NCBI RefSeq assembly: GCF_041956535.1
Contig: NW_027192191.1
Span: forward strand, 659,328 to 723,327
Length of the DNA stretch: 64,000 nt
From: Calcarisporiella thermophila CBS 279.70
Taxonomy: Eukaryota > Fungi > Calcarisporiellomycota
Direction of reading: 5' to 3'
Every line of letters starts with the position of its first letter. Positions within the stretch are counted from its first letter, which is position 1. Below, piece after piece: positions 51,314 through 61,854 of this stretch. Made by a program: the position numbers and the translations under genes. Below the pieces are notes generated by a model that did not search any database, had not been told where the DNA came from, and worked only from the letters and a program-made list of their open reading frames with translations.

Positions 51314-54300
51314 TTATACAAAATAAAGCTTCGTCAATTGTTTCATTCGTAGCTTTGTGCGGCATATTGGGCATGTCTCTTGATGCTCGAACCAGCGCAA
51401 CCAACATTCGTAACAACAAACCTATTTCATCAAACAAGCCAAATCGATTTTCGAACTTTGTGCATAATGAAGAGGAGAAAGTCTCAATACTTACGTGGTT
51501 GCACTTGGAAATGAAGGGAGTTTTTAGCGACCCGTGGCAGATAACGCACACTTTTTTATAGAGTTGAAGTAGAAAATTGATCAGTCAATAGGCAAACCAG
51601 CAGAAAAAAATAAAGAAAAGTTGAATCTCTTACTAGGTGCTTTGTCAAATTCTGTCATATTTCCCTCGCGGAATACAGATAGAGGAGGGTCAGCTTGTGT
51701 GAGAGGAACTTCTGAGGTGCGTAGCCGCTTCGAGCTGGGTTCTTCCGCATGAGAATTCTGTGGAGCAAGGCTAGCCTTCATTACCGCTTCTATGAAAAAA
51801 GTTTGTCATGGGTTATTTAGAAAATCCATTCCAAGCAAAATAGATTACCGTGATCGGCTAACACTCTTTCAAAAAGGCCGGCATGCTTACGAGGAACGTA
51901 AGGAGCAAACCCCGCCAGTAATTTTAGGCTCATTATTTCTTCTTTCTCGGCTTCGCTCCTGGCATCCACCTTTGCAAACAAATCAATCATTTTATCCAGC
52001 ATCTCCTCAAAACCTAATTGCTTCGTCTTTGTGTCTTTTAGTAGCTTTTGAAAGACGCTATACTCCTCGGGAGTCAACACAGCCTTTACCCGGTCAATAT
52101 ATGCACGCGCCTCCTGTTTTTGAGCTGTGGGGTATAGTAACGGAGAGTTTGGCGAGGGGCTGGGTGAGGGTGAACGGAATCCATCAAGCACAGCAGAATC
52201 GGTAGGGGGGCGTTGCGGGAGAGCAGGAGGTTTATTTGATGAATTAGGGTTTTCAAATGCGCTCCTGTGCCGGCGGACTGAGTTCGGAAGAGGGGGAAGA
52301 GGAGGGAGTGCTGCCCCATTGGGCCGTTCTGCCTAAAGTAAAGGATACACTCATAAGTGAGACTGTGCGGATACGTAATCTCGATCGATATCCCTTACTT
52401 GATATTCGTGGAGTGCATCCAGCAATGATGCAAGCCGCTTCTTTGCACGAGGTTCATGTGATGCTTCCTCGCCGAAATTTGGCATTGAGTGGTTTCTTTT
52501 TTGCTTGCGGATGCCCCGAAGTCCGTCGTCGTCTTCATCATAGGCAGGCAGGCGAGATTCATTTTCCATCGTAATCTTGACTTCGGTGGATTCCTGAGAA
52601 GGCAAATCTACCAGACTCTTTATAAAGAATAGGTCTAGTTCGACACTATGTTCGGCTTTATCATGCTAAAACTCCTACCTGTGCCTTCTCCATTCGCTTG
52701 AAGAATTTTGTGAGATGGCCCTGTGCTTCTCCAAATTGATTGTATACCTTAACGAATGGCCGTACCCAAACGGGGAGTTGACTTATACTAGCAGCAGAGG
52801 AAAACCTAAAGGGAACAACATAATCGATGTGAAAGAGGCTAAAGTTGTCTTTTAAATAAGCTATTGTTTCTTACCTTTCATCACAGAGCAAAATAGCACC
52901 ATAGTCGTTCTTGTGGCGAATGACTCTTCCAATTGCCTGATTAACCGCCCGCGCTGCCTGCTGTTTGTACCATTCTTGACCAGAGAGTGTCTATTATCTG
53001 GAAACAATTAGGTATATCACCCCAAATAGAAAATTAGCAAGATGCATGATCACTCTACCGTACTTCCAGGTGTGCCCTTGTGGTGCATCTCGTTGAGGTA
53101 TTGTTTTTTCAGAATGACCTACTCAAAGATAGCATCTATTATCTCACTCATCTATCTGATCTTCACAAACCGCAATTTACTTTTGGGTCTCTTGCGGCTG
53201 GATATGGCAGGCCTGTAATCACGACCGCTCGGGCCCTTGAATCTGCAAAGTCTAATCCTTCTGAAACCTTTCCCCGGCACACTGCGAAAAGAACCGCACC
53301 ATTTCGGCCCTTTTCCTCGATAGCCTTATAAAATTCATTCATTATCTGGACTTAAGAACGCGATTAGTCCATCGGGATGCGAAGAGAAAAGTGGTCCTTC
53401 TCACCGAACCAAACTCTTGTTTATTTTTAGATTCGACCACGGGTCGCTTAAAAGACTTGATCCGCTCCCAAATACTTTTCTGTCCGGCTTTGGCCTGGTG
53501 CCAATTTTGCATACACCCTTGTAACACCCCATAGGAGGGGAAGAATACGAGAAGTCCATCAGGAACAATTCTACTAATGTTAACTGCGATGTTTGTTAAA
53601 TGCACTGGTTGAAAGAAAACCCCTGGAAACGTGAGAGACGATACCTAATAGATTTCCGAGGTCTGTCTGATAGTCAGCATTCTCTCGCAAGGTAAATGAG
53701 GAATTCAATTGGCAGCCAGCAGGACCATGTGTAATCACCCCAACAAACGCCTGTTCTGGCTGAATTACGTGAGGATTTTCTAAGCGCACGTTAAAATCGC
53801 TAATAAAGGTTTAAAACTAAGGTCTTAATCTTTATGGCATTATTTATAATACTCATTGGTACAGACATGTGTAATTCGGAGGCTAACGGCCCCAAAGGAG
53901 AAAGTGTCCCGCTAGTAAGAATGATTGATCGAACTTTATTATCTCTATCTTTCATATCCATCATTGCAACGCCAGGACTAAAGCACCAGTAGCTAAGTTT
54001 CTTCTCGACTAATGAAGCAGAAAGAAAATATTCATTATTCATTTGTAGCAATATATAAAGCGGTTTCCATTGTGCACTACCTAGTCTTTTTTTGCTCGGT
54101 TGGGATAAGCTACTATGAGGATGCTTTTCTCTCTGAATGTGAACCTGCATGAAAGCGAGATGATGTAGCCTGGTGGGATTAGCGAGCAAATCTCGCCTAT
54201 AAATTAGTGTATGGAACATACCTTGTAAAATTTGGAAAAAGCCATGTGGCTATTCTCGTGTGCAAATAACGATGGGTTAAACACTTGCTTAAGGGCTGTC

Positions 54301-56061
54301 ATGAATCTGCTCAGTGCTCCTTGGTGGTTCACTTTCCGTCCGAGTAGTTCAGCATCATTAGCGAGAGTAACCATGGCAGCCTCAAGTCCTTTATAGAGGA
54401 ATTCCACCGATTGAAAATTGATGCGTAATCGCTCAAAAAGCTCATATATGAATGCGCCCGGTTTAGTGACTTCTTGTGTAGCAGTTGGAAGTTCAATCCG
54501 ATCAATTTGCTCTTGGAAATTAAGCAACAAAGCTACAATGTAGATCAAATTATTAGAAAAATTAAAAATTCACATTCCTGAAAAATAATCCAATAGTTCA
54601 TTTACCTTTGAGCAGAGCAAAATCATTGGCTCCATAATCACCTTGATATGTTGGTAGAGACGTGATATCAATGCATATCTGGACCTCCTCAACACATTGC
54701 TCTAGATCTGTGTGTCCAATCTCAAAGGATGTTGATTCACCGCAAGAACTCTCCTATTGTTTAAAAGCTTATTAATCCTACTAAAGTAGCATAGGCTTGG
54801 CTTGATAACGTACAAGATTGTGCGCCTCATCAAATATAAGTATAGAGTTACGGATATCAATATTTTGTGCAATTCTTGCTGAAGCATCCACCAAGTAGTT
54901 ATAAGGAAGAAATATGATATCTGCCTTTGATAAATTTTCTCGGGACAAGTAGTATGGGCATGCTCTAATAGAAAGAATAAGAGGAATTAATAATTATTGA
55001 GCAGAGCCAGCGCTAGTGAGTGTTAGTTTTACCTTCGTGTTCTTCCAAATTGAACGAGATCTTCAATGTCCATCACACCATCCTCAATACGAGGATCTGT
55101 CTTCACTTCAACTAGATTACGATTTAGTTAGTAATAGTGCTCAATATCAATATGAACTGCTGGAAAATGTACCGGTTAAATTCAAATAAAATTCGCAGGT
55201 TTTTCGTTGTACCATCTGCCGGCATACTGCTGACCTGGTTGCGTTCGAATTATGCTTCATTACCTTAGAATTTATGCACATTTGGTCTCTTGACCCTAGA
55301 ACACACATCTTTGGCCTTGGATTTATAGAGAATGTGGGTTATAATATGTCTCAAACCATGAGGATATAATGGCCAAATATCAATACCGATATCCGGTGTT
55401 TTTCAATTCTCGGACGGCCTGAGAGAGTTGAGAATGGGTTCTAGAAGCATAGAGAATTTTTGGGGGCTCCCTCGTGAAATCCTCTTTTTATACGAAAATT
55501 AACAATTAGAAATAGCTGCACTTGGAAAAGCTAATGAGATGTTTCATTTTTAACCTAGAGAAGGGTTAGTAGTAACAGACTTGTCAAGTTGTCCCGCCAC
55601 CTCAGAAACGTCAGAGTCCTGCGACTCCAATGCAAGTCGCCTTCTTTGCAGATAAGCTTCTCTCCATGCCAGTGTTGCACATAAAAGGCAAAGTGTCTTT
55701 CCTGTTCCCGTCGGACTCTCCATTAATGCGTTTTCTCCCTATGTGATTTATCAGCGCATATAGGTTAAGGGGAAACGTAAACAGCCAGATCAAATCAATT
55801 CTTACCGCTTGCAGAGCCATAATCACCTTTTCCATGAAATGTTTTTGAACCTGTAAATTGCAAGTATGAGGGATGAGCACAATTTGAAGGAAAGATAGAG
55901 TACATTTGCAATCCTTTACCTCATAGGCTTCGTACGGGAACTGTACCTAGGTAAATTTTTTTCCAATCGAAATGAAAGCATTAGTGATGGAATAAAAATG
56001 TGGCAATTATACAAATCAAATCCACTTCTACCTGTACGCCTCGAATGTTATACTGAGGCAT
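51314..56061 (-). CDS. RTEL1: RTEL1-like Fe-S (XPD/Rad3 family) helicase with a C-terminal RING
   Basis: [91 protein letters not shown]; a harmonin-N-like helical segment; C3HC4 RING. Confidence 0.85.
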
Positions 56062-56113
56062 GGTCCCAGTTCTTATTTAGCATTCGTGATCGCGATTATT
56101 GAACACGAAGAGG

Positions 56114-56119
56114 ACGCGT
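56114..56119. promoter_or_regulatory. MCB-like element ACGCGT upstream of the RTEL1-like gene
   Basis: Exact ACGCGT about 55 bp from the ATG of a DNA-replication/repair gene. Confidence 0.3.
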
Positions 56120-56264
56120 AAAAAGAGTAAAATTTAAGATTAATGATACTATTGAATAGGATATGACTATGTTGTACGAATTATAATATAATTTCTCTTC
56201 GAAATAGGTTAGAGCCAGCTGGCCTCAACCTCGCCCCACTTGTTCCTGAATCAATAAAAAAAAA

Positions 56265-57355
56265 ATGCGGTTGTTGCTGCTCGCATGCTCGCTACTACTC
56301 TCGATAATTTCAGTTTGCTTTGCTTATATTCCGCTTACCGATGATGCACTTCGCACGCTTGTTAATCGCTCCAACATACAGCGGCTCTCTGTCGATAATA
56401 CCCAAGTTAACTCATTTCTATCGCCACTCCTAATTCCACGAGTTTCAGGAACGGAAGGCAATAAGCAAGTGCGTGCTTTCCTTGTCTCTCAGCTACAAAA
56501 TTTGGGGTGGAAAGTTGAGCTTGACCAATTCAATGACACGACCCCAGTTGGTAGAGTCGAATTTGCAAATATTATTGCGACCCTCGGCCAAGGGCAAAAG
56601 CGCCTTATTGTAGCAGCTCACTATGACTCGAAGCCAATGGAAGGCGGCACTTTTATCGGTGCAACTGACTCATCTGTGCCGTGTGCAATCATATTGGATA
56701 TGGCCAGCACGCTCACCGATATTTTGACTAAATCTCCGAAACTCAACGAAACTGCATTACAAATAGTATTCTTTGATGGAGAGGAAGCATTCCTCCAATG
56801 GGATCCGCCTAGAGATGCAATCTATGGCGCACGACACTTGGCTTCCAAATGGGCTGATTCTTCTCAGCTTCAGAACATCAATGCTCTCGTACTACTGGAC
56901 CTACTTGGAGCTGCTCAACCACATATTCCTAGCTTACAGCCCTCCACCGCCAAACTATTTGCCAATATGTCTGCAGTAGAAATTCGTATGCGACAGCTAG
57001 GCTTGCTTGCAGCGCCAGGGCAGAGCAAGTACTTAGTACCCGATTCAATGAATAACATGGCCGGGTCTTCAATCCAAGATGACCACACACCCTTCCTCGA
57101 GAGAGGGGTCCCCATCATGCATTTAATCCCGGTGCCATTTCCTGATACTTGGCACACTTTTCAGGTATGTCTTCCACTTCTTGATCTGACACCTTTATTA
57201 CTTCGTTTTATTGATTTTGACCCCACTAGGATAATGCTCAAAATCTCGACCCTATTGCTATACAAAATTGGGCCGTTCTCCTTCGCGCATTTGTTGCCGA
57301 ATACATGGACCTTGACAATGCGATTGCACCTTTAAATAAACGTGATGAGCTTTAA
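56265..57355 (+). CDS. Glutaminyl-peptide cyclotransferase (M28 family)
   Basis: Signal peptide, AAHYDSK, GATDSSVPCA, FFDGEEAF, LLDLLG, IQDDHTPF, WHT. The spliced last exon ends KRDEL*. Confidence 0.9.
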
Positions 57356-57692
57356 GCAAATACAACGGCCTTGTTATATTTATTTCACCTTGATTTGAGT
57401 TTATATCTTTCGTAGTTACTCTGATATTCCGAAATATATTTAATAAAGAGGCCAATAGAAAACATTTGTTAAACTAACTAAATAAGATCGGTGGTAGCAG
57501 TGGTGTTGCAAGTACACACACATACATATAGAAGTAATTGTACATGAACATAGAAGAGAGAGAAAAATAAGACTACAGAAATCAGCGGGGTAAAATGGGG
57601 ATATTGCAATGGATCGCACCTCCACGTCTTCGATATGATCAGGGCAATCTATTTCAAAATGAACATTAGTTATGTAAGCAATGGAGAGCAGA

Positions 57693-59746
57693 TTAAAAAC
57701 ACTTATACAGTTGATCCAAATCATTTTCGTTTAGCGAAGTGCGACAAAAGGGGCATCTCCCCTGTGTTTTGACTACCGCAGTAAAACAATCGTAGCAAGA
57801 TATCTATAATTCCGACGCAAGATTAATATTCTCAAGAAAAGCATTTAATCTTGGTAAATCGAAAACTTACGTGTAGGCATTTGGAGATGGTTGGTATTCC
57901 ATCCGAAGAAAAGCAAATATCGCAAACTAATTGACCCAAGTTAATACATTTGTGTTCAATTCCCACAGACACTTTCTATTATCTTTGTAAACTTAAATAA
58001 ACTGATAAATTTACCCCACTCCTCCATACACGATGCATTTTTCTTATCATTTGTGTTGATTGAAGGAGACTCGACAATTGAAGGTGTCTCAACGGGTGAC
58101 ACTAGCGAGACCTGGCATCCTGGCAAGATATTTGTGATTGAGTAGAGATGATAAATCCACTCTCTAGCCTCTTCTCGCCTTTCAGTCCGAAAAATGTGCT
58201 AGAAATAAATTATAGATAGTTTTAGAGTAATAAATGGAATGAGATAGGATCAATTCTTACATTTTTACTCGTATTCAAAAAATTGACCAATTTCTCGGTT
58301 ATCACGAATGAAAACCCTCCAAGTACATCTTAAGGAAAATGGAAAATATAACACCTCTTGAGATACAACTGTATACGAAGCTAACAATTACGTACCAATT
58401 TTGCAATTCGGAATAAATAGTGAATGTTTTGGCTCCTGCATGGTGTAAAATCGAGGCGCCTTAAATTCGTAGAAGAAGCCTAAAGGAGTAAGTAGACCGA
58501 TTCTACAATTGGAAATATAAGAAAGGCTCGAGCCATTTCAATAGTATACAAAAAAGCACACCTTGGTTTCATTTTCAGCATCGATTTTTTCTCTAATTCC
58601 CCTGAATATAGAGGAGTAACTGCAAAATGATTTTGATAAGGATATTTAAAATCGTCTACTGTTCGGAGAGGAATGCCTGGGTCAAGAAAGTTAGTTGCGT
58701 TTCGTTCTGCAAAAGTGGTCCACTCTTCACCGGCATTAGAGCGAAGGTCTACAATTGTTGCCGTCTTTTTGGATAGGGCGGTACGAACAGAGCTGATTTG
58801 AGGGATAAACTCGGTCATCCATATTTGTACAATGTCAAAGAGGCGGAGGTAGATATGGATATCAACCTCGGAAAGGTTATGTTGCCAGTTGAGGAGCGAT
58901 TCAATTGTACTGCTCTCTTCGTCCACCAGCCGTTGAAGCTTTCTTTTTATATCTATCAAATACAATTAGCCAATCACATATTAACTATAAATATAGACAC
59001 ATCCTATACCCAGGTTGATAAGACATGGATCATTTTGATAATCTCGTTTTCCCTCGTCTGTATTTAAAGTATGATTAAAACTAGAGATATAATAAAATAA
59101 AGAATGAAGGAGATATTACGAAGTGTCCCTATTTGTGAAATACTACTAGTAAGGTGAAGTATCCTGTTGTAAGTTTGGTGCCGTAGGGTGATCAAATTAT
59201 TGGATATGCTAGTGTCGCGTTGTATAGCAACTATTTTGCTTTCCACAAACAACTAAACATAAAATTTATAAGTACGGTGCATAACGGACAGCCCATTGAT
59301 ACGCAATATATATTGCAGACCTTAAGACGAGTCAATTCCTCGGCACACATTTTCAAACTAACGAGAATCTTGGTATGATGTCTTGACATATCCTCTAAAG
59401 ATTGACTCAGGGTCGTACATAATTCCAATATTCCACCTTGTGGTATAAAATTCGAAGCCATATTTGCAGTAAGTGTCATCTGTTTAATTGAAAGTTGTAA
59501 ATTTTGCACGGTCATCTCATGGGCGTCTGCCTGCACATTAAAATGTTCAATAAAACGTTCGATAAGAACCCTCCAAGTAGCAAGACGATTAATCATTAAA
59601 TCGGCTGGATGTATTTCATTCGTGTCGTTGTTTTCATATGGAGGCTCAAACAAACGTGAGCGATAAATTCGGTCAATATTTTCTCGTTGCTGATTTTGAG
59701 CGAACATAAGATCTTCATCACTATAACGGTTAGAGATGGAAGTCAT
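57693..59746 (-). CDS. Slm1-like BAR-PH protein with a probable C-terminal RING finger
   Basis: RLATWRVLIERFIEHF (Slm1-like BAR start); PH LYSGELEKKS...HIFRTERREEAREWI; terminal exons CDIC...SKCLH|ISCYDC...CPFCR. Confidence 0.7.
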
Positions 59747-61854
59747 TAAGGGTAACTGGTAGCTTGAAGTGAGTGAATAAGAAATTAATGAAGAAATAGC
59801 AGGAGGGTATATCGTAGGATCTACTAAAAAAGGGGGAACTTCTGGCGGTGTTGAGCTAAATTAGAAAAATTATGCTGGTGGCAATATTTATCCAAGTTCT
59901 ATAATTGGAACAACACGTGGCTGAGGTTTCTCTCAGTCTTATTCTCATTGTGGCTAAGGTACTCAATAAACCGAACAAACAGTTGTCGTTAAGAGTAATC
60001 TCTGAGAAAGTAGAATACACATCAATATATTGCTAGATATTGGCTTCACAAAACTAAAACAAAAAATCAAATAATAGTATATCAGCGGAGGATGAATTTT
60101 TTAGATATCATTCCTATTTACAAGCACCTTAATACTCAGCTTTTTAATATTTTGGTGAAAAATCTTTAAAGCTTGGAAAATAGCTATGAAAAATAACTGT
60201 CTCTTTTCTACCTTGTATTAGTATAAAATATTATTGATATACTTTAAGAGATGAAAGATAAGAGAATAAAGAATAACATCTTAATTTCTTTAGTAAGTAT
60301 TTAAGTTAACGTGGCACATCTCTTTTACGCGGACACGAAAATATTTGGTAGGTCTTCATATGCTCACAGTATTACTTGTATACTGTCGAAGAAATTTCCT
60401 AAGTCGGAAATGGTCCGATAAACTCCGGGCACCTTTAGTTGCTAATGATTCTCCAGAGATATTGGTACCAATTTTAAATGAATCATCACGACCTTTTCAA
60501 GTTCGCATAAATTTAAATAAACATTCATTACAAAGATAAATTACTTTATTATATAGCGAGTTACGCATGTGGATCCCAAATTAAAATATTCGTAATATTA
60601 TCCGCATCATTAATAAATATTGTATTGCTTCATTCCATAATACCTAGGTTAATCCACTTCGATCCAACCTGACACATCGTTGCTACTACATATAATATCG
60701 ACATACACTATAATTCGAATTACTCTAATGTAATTATGATAATTAAACTAAAAAAAATCCATAAAAATAGAGATAACTGGTAAAATATTAAATCAATGAA
60801 AAAAATCGGTTTATATACTGCAAAAAATAATAAAGAGTGCTGATTAAAAATGGCCACTGCGTATAATTTACTCGATGTCAATTTTTGCTCCACACACATG
60901 AACTTGCTGAGTTATTTAGGATATAATTTAACGAAAAAATAAGCTATGGTGGGGGAGGAGGACTTTGATGGGATTATTTTTGGATGTAACTACAAGCTAT
61001 AATGGATAATGGTCCGCTTCACTTGGAATGAAGGCGCTCGAATTTAAAAAGTAAACTTCACTGTGTAAAAGCTTTGACCAATCAATTTTTCCAATCCTTC
61101 TGTCTAATTCTTTGCAGAATCAAATTTTAACGATGGTGTTACATTGCCTAACTATATTATTACTTGGAGAAGTAGAATCCAAAAGATATAGTAAATTTGC
61201 AGGATCAGATAGTTTTATTAAAAATACTATTCACCTCGCATTTATGGATAGTTTTGTAAAGAAATATCAATTAAGTGAAAAGACATACTGAGACTCCAAT
61301 ACCTTTATATTATCTATAATTCAATATTGCATATATAAAATCTAAGAATAAAGTTATTATCAAAGTAGTCGCTGAAATAAGAAAATCTGAAACTAATGAA
61401 TACAAAAAGTATGCAATGTTATACGGAAAGTCAGTCTTTTTGTTCTTTGAGATTTTCGTGAATTGGTTTATATTTCTTGAATTCCAAATGTGCAGGTTAT
61501 TTTACCACATTGTAGTTTCTCATATACCTGGCTATGACTCGGTATTGATACTATTTACACTACATGAGAAGAAATATAATTAGCGCACTGATTATACTCT
61601 ATAAATCCCAAAACAAAGTGTAAGTATCCACGAGTATATATCATATTTGTGGGTATACAAAGTTTTTGTTCTAGTGAAAAAAATTATAACTTAAAATGAA
61701 AGATATAAAATAATCTTATGGTATAAGCAAATTATACCATTGATCAAACTTCAATCTTAGACTAGATAGGTAGGTGGAGAGATGATCAATGTTTTCGAGA
61801 ATTTTGAACTAACACTTATTATTGCAATTCCAAGATATAGTTATATATAAAAAT

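Noticed and set aside
52338-52348. GTATCCTTT (U12 donor consensus) on the minus strand within RTEL1
   Set aside because: It lies in the polypyrimidine end of an ordinary GT-AG intron just before the acceptor, so it is probably coincidental.
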